This document shows, one piece after another, positions 1 to 8,577 of a DNA stretch of 64,000 nucleotides. The notes under the pieces were generated by a model, which was not told the DNA's origin, searched no databases, and saw only the letters and a program-made list of their open reading frames with translations. The stretch's first letter is position 1. Each line of letters starts with the position of its first letter. Origin of the DNA: an uncultured Holophagales bacterium (GTDB lineage Bacteria; Acidobacteriota; Thermoanaerobaculia; Multivoradales; UBA5704); the NCBI GenBank assembly GCA_963842525.1, contig CAWJGT010000025.1, forward strand, positions 448,001 through 512,000, written 5' to 3'. A program made the position numbers and the translations under genes.

Positions 1-1209
1 GACCACCTGCTGGACGAGCCCGCCCGGCCCCGGCCCGCGCAGGGCGACCTCCAGGGCCGGCAGCATCTCGGTGCCGCCGGTCGTTGCGAGCGCCGTCACG
101 TACTGCCGCGCCTGCTGAACAGTGGCCGGATTCGCCGGGATACTGTCCTGGAACAGCGCCGAGGTGGTGCTGTTGAACTGGACGACGTTGAACCAATCCG
201 CCGACCCGAGGCGGTCCAGGCCCAGGAGAAGGGCCTGCCGTGCCTGCTCGATCGCCGGCCCGTCCATCGAGCCGGAGGTGTCGATCACGAAGACAGTCTC
301 TCGGGGGAGACGGTAGGCGGCCACCCCAGCCGCGTCGGGAGGCATCATCATCAGCAGGGCGTAGCGCTCGCCGTCCACCTCCTCCGTGAAGTAGACCGCC
401 CGGGGCTCGCGGCCGGTCTCGGGCGCCCACTCCAGGACGAAGTCGCCGTCCGCGAACGCCATGCCGCCGGCAAGGTCCACGGCCCAGCGGAGCCGCTTCG
501 GGTCGCCCTGGACCGCGATCCTGTGCGTTGGGCTTGTGATGCCTGTCAGAGGGAAGCCGGGCGCAAGGTCGACGTGCAGGGCGAAAGGATTGATCGGGCT
601 CATGCCTGGCGCCAGCACGGGAGGCTCGGGGATCGCAGGTGCGCAGGCGCCGGCGCTCTGTCCCGCCGGAGGGGTGTACCGCGGTGTCGCGAGCATGGGG
701 AATTGCAACGTGAACCGTCCCGCCTGGTAGCGCACCACCTGCTGGAGCTCGATCACGACCTCCACCGTTTCGCCGGGTCCCACATTGGAGACCGAAGTGG
801 TGAACAGACCCGGCCGGAGCTGATCGAGAAGCGATGCCTTCCGCCCTTCCTGCGCAGCGGCTTCGAAGGTCTGTTTCGCCTGCGCCTTTTCCTGGACGAC
901 GCCTTCGAGAACCCGGTCGCCAACGACGAGACGCAGCGTGTCCACGGCCGCGCCGTCCGGCAGTGGAAAGAGATAGATCCCGCTCAGCCAGCTACCGGTC
1001 GGATTGCGGAAGATCTGGGTGACCTTCGTGCGCGCCACGATACCGGTGATGCGCACCTCGACCGTGGTGCCGAGCACGGGAGCGGCGACCACGGAGCCCT
1101 GCGCCGTCTGGAGCACCAAACCGCTCTCATTCTCCGCACACCATGCGGGGTTTCCGATCATCCAGAGAGACAGAAGAATCCCAGCCGTCAGCCAACGGTA
1201 TCTGCACAT
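1..1209 (-). CDS. Secreted VIT + von Willebrand A domain protein (C-terminus runs off window start)
   Basis: Manual translation from ATG 1209 (RBS GGAGG): signal peptide MCRYRWLTAGILLSLW..., VIT-like VEVRITGIVARTKVTQIFRNP, in-frame vWA MIDAS FVIDTSGSM near 300. Absent from the ORF track because its stop lies outside the window. Confidence 0.85.
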   Translation of the reverse strand, partial: MCRYRWLTAGILLSLWMIGNPAWCAENESGLVLQTAQGSVVAAPVLGTTVEVRITGIVARTKVTQIFRNPTGSWLSGIYLFPLPDGAAVDTLRLVVGDRVLEGVVQEKAQAKQTFEAAAQEGRKASLLDQLRPGLFTTSVSNVGPGETVEVVIELQQVVRYQAGRFTLQFPMLATPRYTPPAGQSAGACAPAIPEPPVLAPGMSPINPFALHVDLAPGFPLTGITSPTHRIAVQGDPKRLRWAVDLAGGMAFADGDFVLEWAPETGREPRAVYFTEEVDGERYALLMMMPPDAAGVAAYRLPRETVFVIDTSGSMDGPAIEQARQALLLGLDRLGSADWFNVVQFNSTTSALFQDSIPANPATVQQARQYVTALATTGGTEMLPALEVALRGPGPGGLVQQVV

Positions 1210-1443
1210 TGTCCCTGCCTCCAAGAGAGCCCGTCCTCATGAGAAGACGGTCCAAATAAATCTGACAGGAGGAAAGAGCAAGCGGGATGCCACTCCCGAA
1301 AGCGCGGAAATCCGGGGGTTTTTAGAACGGAGGCGCGGCCGCGGTTCAATCGAATGAACCGCGGCGATCCAACCGGTTGAGCGAAACGGGCGGCAATCCG
1401 GGAAAAATGATCGATACGTCCCCGGGCGGGGACGTCGCCGTCC

Positions 1444-2055
1444 TCAGAGCCTCACGCCGGGATCGTCAGGCGTAGCCGAGCCGATCCGGCACAGCTCGTC
1501 GAGCACCGCGGCGAACAGATCGAAGAGCTTGCGAAGCCGGGCAACATCCTTGATGACGCCGTGCACCTGAAATCTCAGCCCGTCGACGCCTTCGGGAAAG
1601 CGCTTCCAGAAAAGGTGCTCGTCGTCCTTGAGCTCGAAGCGGATCTGCGGCTGCTCGTCGAGGAGCCGCCGGATCTCGGCATTGGCCAGGAGCGCCTTGA
1701 CCTTCGACTCGTCGTTGGCCTTGATGATGAAGTCCTCGTCGAAGTGGAGCGAGTGCCCCACCTCGATGTCCTGCATCCCCAGCGCCTTGCCGAGGCCGCT
1801 GAAGGGACCCTTCCGGTAGATCGTGAAACGGAAGCCGTCGCGGCTGACGAACGGCGCCCGCATCCGCGTGTAGACCGCGTGGGAATGGCCGGTCGAAACC
1901 GTGTAGGTGTCGAGGGTGACGGTCCAGCTCCCATGCTGGGCCTCCACCTTGTCGCCCTTCCAGAATCCGCCCTCCAGGAAGTCGCCGCCGATCTCCTGGC
2001 TGAGCCGCCGCCAGACCTCTTCGCGGCTCGGACCGAACATCTCTCGCAAACTCAT
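1444..2055 (-). CDS. Conserved hypothetical protein (DUF3137-like)
   Basis: 203-aa ORF with natural composition; MQDIEVG...FDEDFIIKAND resembles this family (from memory). Confidence 0.6.
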   Translation of the reverse strand: MSLREMFGPSREEVWRRLSQEIGGDFLEGGFWKGDKVEAQHGSWTVTLDTYTVSTGHSHAVYTRMRAPFVSRDGFRFTIYRKGPFSGLGKALGMQDIEVGHSLHFDEDFIIKANDESKVKALLANAEIRRLLDEQPQIRFELKDDEHLFWKRFPEGVDGLRFQVHGVIKDVARLRKLFDLFAAVLDELCRIGSATPDDPGVRL

Positions 2056-2117
2056 GGAACATGTCCTCCTTCCGCCTGATACGAAAAGCCGTGCTCCTTT
2101 GTTATGGTGGACATTCT

Positions 2118-3266
2118 ATGAGGATCGAGCCCTTCGAGGTCCATGTCCCCCAGCCGGTCCTGAACGATCTCCGGGACCGCCTGGCGCGGACACGCTGGCC
2201 GGACGAGATCCCGGGCACGGGCTGGGAGTACGGAGCCGATCTTTCGTTCATGCAGGAGCTGGTCAGGCATTGGCGCGACGGTTTCGATTGGCGGGCGCAG
2301 GAGGCGAGGCTCCATCGCTTCCATCACTACCGCGCGGAGATCGACGGCTTCGGCATCCATTTCCTGCATGAGCGGGGATGCGGCCCCAATCCACGGCCGT
2401 TGATCCTCACCCATGGCTGGCCGGGGTCCTTCCTGGAATTCCTGGAAGTCATCCCCCGGCTGACCGATCCCGGGAGGTACGGCGGCGACCCGGCCTGCTC
2501 GTTCGACGTGGTCGTCCCCTCCCTGCCCGGCTATGGCTTTTCGGACCGGCCGGCGGCGCCCGGGATGAACGCCTTCCGCATCGGCGAGCTGTGGGTGCGG
2601 CTAATGCGTGGCCTCGGCTACGAGCGGTTCGGCGCCCAGGGAGGCGACTGGGGGGCCAGCGTGTCGACCGCCATGGCCCTGGCCGCTCCCGAGGCCCTGA
2701 CCGGGCTCCATCTCAACTACATCCCCGGCTCGCTGCGGCCCTGGCTGGGAGAAGGGACGCCTCCTCTGGCGGAGATCGAGCGTCGGTTCCTGGACGACGC
2801 GGACCGCTGGCTGGAGACCGAAGGGGCGTACGGCCACGTGCAGCGCTACGAGCCGCAGACCCTCGCCTACGGTCTGAACGACTCGCCTGCCGGCCTCGCC
2901 GCCTGGATCGTCGAGAAGTTTCGCGACTGGGGGGACTGCGACGGCGACGTGGTCGGCCGCTTCGGCCGCGACGAGCTGCTGGCCAACGTCACCCTCTACT
3001 GGGTCACCGAGACCTTCCATTCCGCGGCCCGCCTCTATTTCGAGATGCGCAAGGCTCCCCTGGCCCTGGGGCCGGGGCAGCGCGTCCGGGTTCCCACGGC
3101 CGTGGCACATTTCCCGAAGGAGAGCCCCTTTCCGCCACGCGCCTGGATCGAGCGCTGCTACGACGTCGTTCGCTGGACCGAAATGCCCCGAGGCGGCCAC
3201 TTCGCCGCCCTGGAAGAGCCGGAGCTGCTGGCGGAGGATGTGCGGGCGTTCTTCTACTCGGAGTAG
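2118..3266 (+). CDS. Epoxide hydrolase (EHN + alpha/beta hydrolase)
   Basis: Motifs LARTRWPD, HGWPGS, GGDWG, GGHFAALEEP. Confidence 0.93.
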   Translation: MRIEPFEVHVPQPVLNDLRDRLARTRWPDEIPGTGWEYGADLSFMQELVRHWRDGFDWRAQEARLHRFHHYRAEIDGFGIHFLHERGCGPNPRPLILTHGWPGSFLEFLEVIPRLTDPGRYGGDPACSFDVVVPSLPGYGFSDRPAAPGMNAFRIGELWVRLMRGLGYERFGAQGGDWGASVSTAMALAAPEALTGLHLNYIPGSLRPWLGEGTPPLAEIERRFLDDADRWLETEGAYGHVQRYEPQTLAYGLNDSPAGLAAWIVEKFRDWGDCDGDVVGRFGRDELLANVTLYWVTETFHSAARLYFEMRKAPLALGPGQRVRVPTAVAHFPKESPFPPRAWIERCYDVVRWTEMPRGGHFAALEEPELLAEDVRAFFYSE

Positions 3267-3326
3267 CGAGTGGCTTGAGCAGCAAGGGTCTCCCAAGAGT
3301 ATGATTTGGCCGACGGAGGAGAGACC

Positions 3327-3611
3327 GTGACCAAGCTGTATGCCGTCGAAGCCCAGGAACATTTCCCCGACCTCCTCGGCCGGATTCGCGAGGGAGAAAC
3401 AGTCTTGATCACCGAAGCCGGTCGCCCGGTGGCGAAGCTGGTGCCCGCCGCAAAGGAGGACGAGCCTGAGCATCTGGCCAATGTCCAGGGGTGGCTCGAG
3501 GACGACGATCCGTTCTTCACCTCGATCGAAAAGATCATCGAGGTCCGGCTTCGGTTGGAGACGCCCCGAAGGGGCCTGGGCATAAAGCCTGGCGCTTCAG
3601 CGCCAGGTTGA
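3327..3611 (+). CDS. Phd/YefM-family antitoxin (no adjacent toxin)
   Basis: EAQEHFPDLLGRIREGETVLITEAGRPVAKLVP; GTG start after GGAGGAGA. Confidence 0.75.
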   Translation: MTKLYAVEAQEHFPDLLGRIREGETVLITEAGRPVAKLVPAAKEDEPEHLANVQGWLEDDDPFFTSIEKIIEVRLRLETPRRGLGIKPGASAPG

Positions 3612-3712
3612 CGCCCCCAAATTTCCCGGAGCCCTGAAGGGGCGCAGGCATTCTCCGTCCACCCGCAGCGGGGCTTGCACCCCTCGCCATGCCGTCGCCC
3701 CTTCGGGGCAGC
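3561..3712. repeat. REP/REPIN-like palindromic element
   Basis: GCCCCGAAGGGGC, CCTGGCGCTTCAGCGCCAGG, GCCCTGAAGGGGC and inverted GCCCCTTCGGGGC within about 150 bp. Confidence 0.55.
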
Positions 3713-3746
3713 CGCAAGCCGGCCTCAGTCTGAGCGCGATGTTCGT

Positions 3747-4706
3747 CTACCCGGAGTAGAAGGCGACGACCTCCCGCGCCATCCGGATCACCCTCTCGCG
3801 GAGGGACTGCGGCTCCAGGACCTCCACCTGTGCGCCGAGGCCGAGGGCGTACTCGGCCGCCTCCTCCTCGAGCTGAAAGCGGATGGAAACCTTGAGCCGG
3901 CCTTCCTCGTCCGGCCCCTCGGTCCCTTCGATGCGGGCGAACCTCCCGGCGTAGCGCATCCGCGGCAGCAGGGCCTCCGGGACGCGCAGGGTGGCGAAGT
4001 AGCTCGGGAAGTTGGCCCGGAAGTCGGCCGAGTGCTGCGGCCACCAGGCTGCGAGGTCGAATCCCTCCGGGCGGACGCAGGGCTCGTCCAGGATCTCCGC
4101 TTTCTGCACGCGAGAGACCCGGTAGGCGCGAATCTCGCCGTCGATCGCCGCGGCGAGATACCAGATGCTCCCCTTGGCGACCAGGCCGAGAGGGTCCACC
4201 GTGCGCTCTCCTGGGCACTCGTCGTCCCGCCCGTAGAGGAAGCGGATCCGCCGGTCCTGCCAGACCGCTTCCTGGAGGGCCGGCAGCCAGGGGACGGCGT
4301 CGCCTGGCCGGTTCCAGCCCGTGACGTCGATGTGGATGCGCTGGCGTGCGTGCTCGGCGCTACGGCGGGCCGCCGAGGGCAGGGAGGCCAGCATCTTGAG
4401 AAGGGCCCCCTCGGCCGCCCGGTCGAGGCCCAGATCGGCGAGCAGCCGCGCCGGCCCGGCCAGGAAGAGGGCCTGGGCCTCGTCCGGATCAAGCCCGGTC
4501 AGGTCGGTCCGGTACCCTTCGAGGAGCCTCCATCCACCGCCCGCGCCCCGGTCCGCGACCACGGGAACGCCCGCGGAACCTAGGGCCTCCATGTCCCGCA
4601 GGATGGTCCGCTCCGAGACCTCCAGCCGCTCCGCCAACGTGCGCGCCGTCAGGCGCCGGTGGACCTGGAGCAGCAGAAGGATGGACAACAAGCGGTCGGC
4701 ACGCAT
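3747..4706 (-). CDS. YafY-type HTH-WYL-WCX transcriptional regulator
   Basis: MRADRLLSILLLL..LAERLEVSERTILRD (HTH_11); WYL-like RTVDPLGLVAKGSIWYL..YRVSR. Confidence 0.92.
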   Translation of the reverse strand: MRADRLLSILLLLQVHRRLTARTLAERLEVSERTILRDMEALGSAGVPVVADRGAGGGWRLLEGYRTDLTGLDPDEAQALFLAGPARLLADLGLDRAAEGALLKMLASLPSAARRSAEHARQRIHIDVTGWNRPGDAVPWLPALQEAVWQDRRIRFLYGRDDECPGERTVDPLGLVAKGSIWYLAAAIDGEIRAYRVSRVQKAEILDEPCVRPEGFDLAAWWPQHSADFRANFPSYFATLRVPEALLPRMRYAGRFARIEGTEGPDEEGRLKVSIRFQLEEEAAEYALGLGAQVEVLEPQSLRERVIRMAREVVAFYSG

Positions 4707-4730
4707 CCTCCCAAGATTAGCCGACAAACA

Positions 4731-4745
4731 TGACAGTGGGTGTCA
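4731..4745. promoter_or_regulatory. Palindromic operator candidate TGACA-N5-TGTCA
   Basis: Perfect inverted repeat in the short divergent gap between the WYL regulator and the SDR. Confidence 0.6.
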
Positions 4746-4793
4746 GGAACGGGGCGCGATGCTCTCCTCCGGATCGGAAAAGGAGGGCGAGCA

Positions 4794-5687
4794 ATGAAAA
4801 CCCTTGAAGGAAAAGTCGCGGTGGTGGCGGGAGCGTCGCGCGGAGCCGGGCGGGGCATCGCCTGCGGACTGGGCGAGGCGGGGGCGACCGTCTACTGCAC
4901 GGGACGCAGCGTGCGCGGGAGCACGACGGGGAACCGGCCGGAGACGATCGAGGAGACGGCGGAGATGGTGACCGCCCGCGGCGGCGTGGGCATCCCCGTG
5001 CACATGGACCATCTGGAGGAGGAACAGGTCCGGGCCCTGTTCCAGCAGGTCGAGAAGGAGCAGGGCCGGTTGGACGTCCTGGTCAATGTCGTCTGGGGCG
5101 GGATGGTCTACGTGACCGAATACGGCAAGCGGTTCTGGAACGTGTCGCTCGACAAGGGCTTTCTCCTGCTGCGGCAGGCGGTCCACGCGCACATCCTCGC
5201 CACCCGCTGGGCCCTGCCCCTGATGATCCCGCGCAAGCAAGGCTTGGTGGTGGAGATCACGGACGGCGACGGCCTCTACTACCGGGAGGACGTCTTCGTC
5301 GACCTCTGCAAGGTCTCGGCGATGCGGCTGGCCTGGGCGCTCTCCCTGGAGCTGCGCGAGCACGGCATCACATCCCTGGCCTTGACGCCGGGCTACATGC
5401 GCATCGAGCTGATCCTCGAGCACCTCGGTGTAACCGAGGCCAACTGGCAGGACGGCATCGCCAAGGACCCCACCTTCGCCGAGTCCGAGACCCCCTTCCT
5501 CATCGGCCGCGCCGTAGCCGCTCTCGCCGCGGATCCGAATGTCGCGGCCAAAGCGGGCAAGACCCTCGCGGGCTGGGATCTCACGAAGGAATACGGCCTC
5601 ACTGACGTGGACGGCCGGCAGCCGGACATCGGACCATTGCTGGAGAAGCACTTCGCCAAGGCGGAGCGATGGGAGGTAAGGCTCTGA
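4794..5687 (+). CDS. SDR family oxidoreductase
   Basis: AVVAGASRGAGRGIA Rossmann motif, GRLDVLVN, TDVDGRQP. Confidence 0.9.
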   Translation: MKTLEGKVAVVAGASRGAGRGIACGLGEAGATVYCTGRSVRGSTTGNRPETIEETAEMVTARGGVGIPVHMDHLEEEQVRALFQQVEKEQGRLDVLVNVVWGGMVYVTEYGKRFWNVSLDKGFLLLRQAVHAHILATRWALPLMIPRKQGLVVEITDGDGLYYREDVFVDLCKVSAMRLAWALSLELREHGITSLALTPGYMRIELILEHLGVTEANWQDGIAKDPTFAESETPFLIGRAVAALAADPNVAAKAGKTLAGWDLTKEYGLTDVDGRQPDIGPLLEKHFAKAERWEVRL

Positions 5688-5690
5688 GGT

Positions 5691-6971
5691 CTACCCCCCA
5701 TACTCCCGGATCATCCCCTCCAGCCGGTCGAGCCCGCGGCGGACCTCTTCGAGGTCGGGGCCGAAGGAGAGGCGGACGTGCTGGTGGAAGCGGGAGAGGT
5801 GCTGGGCGCGGCGGCGGCCGGGGTTGACGTCGAAAAAGACGCCGGGGACGCAGATGGTCTGGTGGTCCAAGGCGGCGCGGAAGAAGGCCATGCCCTCCGA
5901 GATCGGCTCGGGCAGGTCACGCACCGAGGCGAAGACGTAGAAGGTCCCCGTCGGCTCGGGGTAGACCCGCATCCCCATGTCGTGGAGACGGCGCAGCATC
6001 AGCTCCCGCTTGGGCAGGAACGTCTCGCGGATGGCCCGCGTCTCGGCCATCACCAGGTCCGGATCCATCAGCCCCACCGCCGCCCGCTGCTGCGGGCGCG
6101 AGCCGCCGCCGTCGAGGAACGAGCCGGCGCTCTCCACCGCCTCGATGACCGAGCGGGGGCCCAGGGTCCAGGTCACCCGCCAACCCGGATATCGCCAGTT
6201 CTTCGTCAGGCCGTCCACGATCACCACCGGGTCGCGGTCCACGTCCTCGACGTAGCGGGCGGCGCTCACCATCGGGCCGGGCTCGCCTTCACCCGGCGTC
6301 CAGACATAGTGGGAGTAAAACTCGTCGATCAGCAGCGTGCAGTCGAGCTCGCGGCCCACCTCGACCCACTCCATCAGCTCTTGCCCGGAAACCAGCTTCC
6401 CCATCGGGTTGCAGGGGTTCGAGAAGAGGAGCACGGACAGGCCGCGGCCGATCACCTCGCGCCGCAGGTCTTCGGCCTCGAAGCTGTAGCCCTGCTCGCG
6501 CCGCAGCAGGATCGGGATCGCCGTCACCAAACGGAAAATATCCAGCAGCTCCTCGTAGGCGGTGTAGTCCGGCAGGAAGTGCCCGAGGTTGACCTGGTCG
6601 AGCGCGGCCACGGCACGCGTCAGGGCCGCCCGGCCGCCGCCGGAGATGGCCACGTTCTCGGCCGTGTACTGCGACTTCATGCCGCGGCGGTAGAGCCTGT
6701 TGTAGAGAGCGGCCACAGACTCGCGCAGCTCCGGGATTCCCGCCACCGGCGCGTAGTAGTGGTCCGCGGGATCGATGTCCAGGGTCTCCACGCGCGGCGG
6801 CGCTCCGGGGAGAGGGCCCGTCTCCGGCTGCCCCTGGCCGAGGTTGGACCAGTTGGGATCGCCGGTCCGGTAGCCCCGGGCCGTAGCCTCCTTGGTGACG
6901 TAGACGACGCCCGTGCGCGGCACGGTACGGAAGGCCTGCAGGGTGGAGGCGGAGAGCGGGGGCGTGGCCAT
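5691..6971 (-). CDS. PLP-dependent aminotransferase class I/II
   Basis: NLGQGQP, SNPCNP, IDEFY, GLTKNWRYPGWRV (PLP lysine). Confidence 0.9.
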   Translation of the reverse strand: MATPPLSASTLQAFRTVPRTGVVYVTKEATARGYRTGDPNWSNLGQGQPETGPLPGAPPRVETLDIDPADHYYAPVAGIPELRESVAALYNRLYRRGMKSQYTAENVAISGGGRAALTRAVAALDQVNLGHFLPDYTAYEELLDIFRLVTAIPILLRREQGYSFEAEDLRREVIGRGLSVLLFSNPCNPMGKLVSGQELMEWVEVGRELDCTLLIDEFYSHYVWTPGEGEPGPMVSAARYVEDVDRDPVVIVDGLTKNWRYPGWRVTWTLGPRSVIEAVESAGSFLDGGGSRPQQRAAVGLMDPDLVMAETRAIRETFLPKRELMLRRLHDMGMRVYPEPTGTFYVFASVRDLPEPISEGMAFFRAALDHQTICVPGVFFDVNPGRRRAQHLSRFHQHVRLSFGPDLEEVRRGLDRLEGMIREYGG

Positions 6972-6986
6972 GGGGCGGCAATCCTA

Positions 6987-7844
6987 CTAAAAACCTAGGA
7001 TCGACCGGATCTCGCCGGCGACGTGGCGGTTGGAGGAGAGGACCGCCTCGCGGAAACCGGTCCCGAGCGGCGTCTCGTGGCGGGTCAGGAAGGTGCCGCC
7101 CGCCTCTTCGACGAGCACCTTGATGGCGGCGACGTCGTGGTAGGCCACCGTCCCCTCCACCATGGCGTCGCAGCGCCCTTCGGCGACCAGGACGTGACCC
7201 CACCAGTCGCCGAAGCCGCGGGTGCGTTCGGCGCGGGCGACCAGGTCGCCGAAGGCGGGCCAGAGGCCGTTCCTCTGGAACCAGACCAGGCCGCCGTGGA
7301 CGACGAAGGCGCGGCCCAGGTCCGCGGTGTCGCTCACCCGCAGCCGCCGCTGCCGGCAGCCCGCGAGGTCGGTGCCGGTTCCCGCCCAGGCTCCCTGCCC
7401 GCGCACGGCCCACCACGTCTCGCCGAGCCCCGCCTCGGCAATGCCCGCCGCCGAGGCCCCGATCCCGGTGCCCGGGCCGAGGACGGGCGCGTGGACGACG
7501 CCGAGCACCAGCTCGCCGTCCAGCTCCAGGCCGATCAGGGTGGCGAACCAGGGTAGGCCGGCCACGAAGTTGCGGGTGGCGTCCAAAGGGTCGACAACCC
7601 AGCGGTCGCGTTCGTCCCCCTCCTGGCCGTACTCCTCGCCAAGGAGCCCCAGCTCGGGGGTGGCCCGGCGCAGGGTCTCGCGGATCGCCTCCTCCGAGCC
7701 CCGGTCGGCCCGGGTGACCGGAGAGTCGTCGGCCTTGTGCTCGACCGCCAGCCCATCCGAGCGGAAATGCTCGCGGTGGACCGCGCCGGCGCGGCGGCAG
7801 GCGGCCAGGGCCGCTTCAAGATAGTGCTGATGATCGCGCATCAC
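6987..7844 (-). CDS. Inositol monophosphatase family, histidinol-phosphatase-like
   Basis: KADDSPVTRAD, GEEYG, WVVDPLDATRNF, GFGDWWG. Confidence 0.85.
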   Translation of the reverse strand: MMRDHQHYLEAALAACRRAGAVHREHFRSDGLAVEHKADDSPVTRADRGSEEAIRETLRRATPELGLLGEEYGQEGDERDRWVVDPLDATRNFVAGLPWFATLIGLELDGELVLGVVHAPVLGPGTGIGASAAGIAEAGLGETWWAVRGQGAWAGTGTDLAGCRQRRLRVSDTADLGRAFVVHGGLVWFQRNGLWPAFGDLVARAERTRGFGDWWGHVLVAEGRCDAMVEGTVAYHDVAAIKVLVEEAGGTFLTRHETPLGTGFREAVLSSNRHVAGEIRSILGF

Positions 7845-8542
7845 GCTTCCAGGGTGTCGGGATCGGGCTCCTGGGGGACAGGCAGCCCCATGGCCCGGAG
7901 CGGGCCGGCCAGATCTTCGGGCACGGGGGCGAACAGCTTCAGAGGCCGGCCGTCCTCCGGATGGGCCAGGCGAAGCTCCAGGGCGTGCAGGGCGAGCCGG
8001 TGGAGGCCGAAGCGTCCGCGGAAGAGGCGGTTGTGCTCCCCCTTGCCGTAGCGGACGTCGCCGATCACCGGATGGCTGATGTGCTTGAGGTGGCGGCGGA
8101 TCTGGTGGAGCCGGCCGGTGCGTGGGAAGACGTCGAGCAGGGCATAGCGCTCGAAGGTGCCGAGCCGGCGGAACACGGTCACGGCCGGAACCCGGGGGCC
8201 GTCCGGAGAGCGGGGGATCGGATGATCGATCACCCCTTCCTCCGGCGGGATGCCGCGTACCAGGGCGAGGTAGCGCTTGCGGGCGGTCCCAGCTTCGAGC
8301 TGTTCCTGGAGCCGCCGCGCGATGCCGGGCGTCAGGGCGAAGACGAGGACGCCGCTGGTCGCCCGGTCGAGCCGGTGGACGGGGAAGACGCGTTGCCCCA
8401 GCCGGTCGCGCACGACGGTCAGCGCGACGATCCTCTCCCGGGACCAGCCGCGGTGCACGGCCATGCCGGACGGCTTGCCGACCGCGACGAGCGCCTCGTC
8501 GGTGTAAAGCAGGGGGAGCAGGGGGAGATCGGGATCGGGCAT
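7841..8542 (-). CDS. RluA/TruC family pseudouridine synthase
   Basis: KPSGMAVH, HRLDRATSG, TGRLHQIRRH, GDVRYG. Confidence 0.93.
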   Translation of the reverse strand: MPDPDLPLLPLLYTDEALVAVGKPSGMAVHRGWSRERIVALTVVRDRLGQRVFPVHRLDRATSGVLVFALTPGIARRLQEQLEAGTARKRYLALVRGIPPEEGVIDHPIPRSPDGPRVPAVTVFRRLGTFERYALLDVFPRTGRLHQIRRHLKHISHPVIGDVRYGKGEHNRLFRGRFGLHRLALHALELRLAHPEDGRPLKLFAPVPEDLAGPLRAMGLPVPQEPDPDTLEA

Positions 8543-8577
8543 CGCGGCGTCGGGTTCCTCAGCTACAATCCTCGCAA

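Noticed and set aside
1244-1267. ECF41-like promoter TGTCAGA...CGTC before the VIT gene
   Set aside because: Spacer is 11 bp, shorter than the roughly 16 bp I recall for that motif.
1338-1365. Hairpin GCCGCGGTTCA/TGAACCGCGGC as ncRNA or CRISPR repeat
   Set aside because: Single copy with no U-tract or other support.
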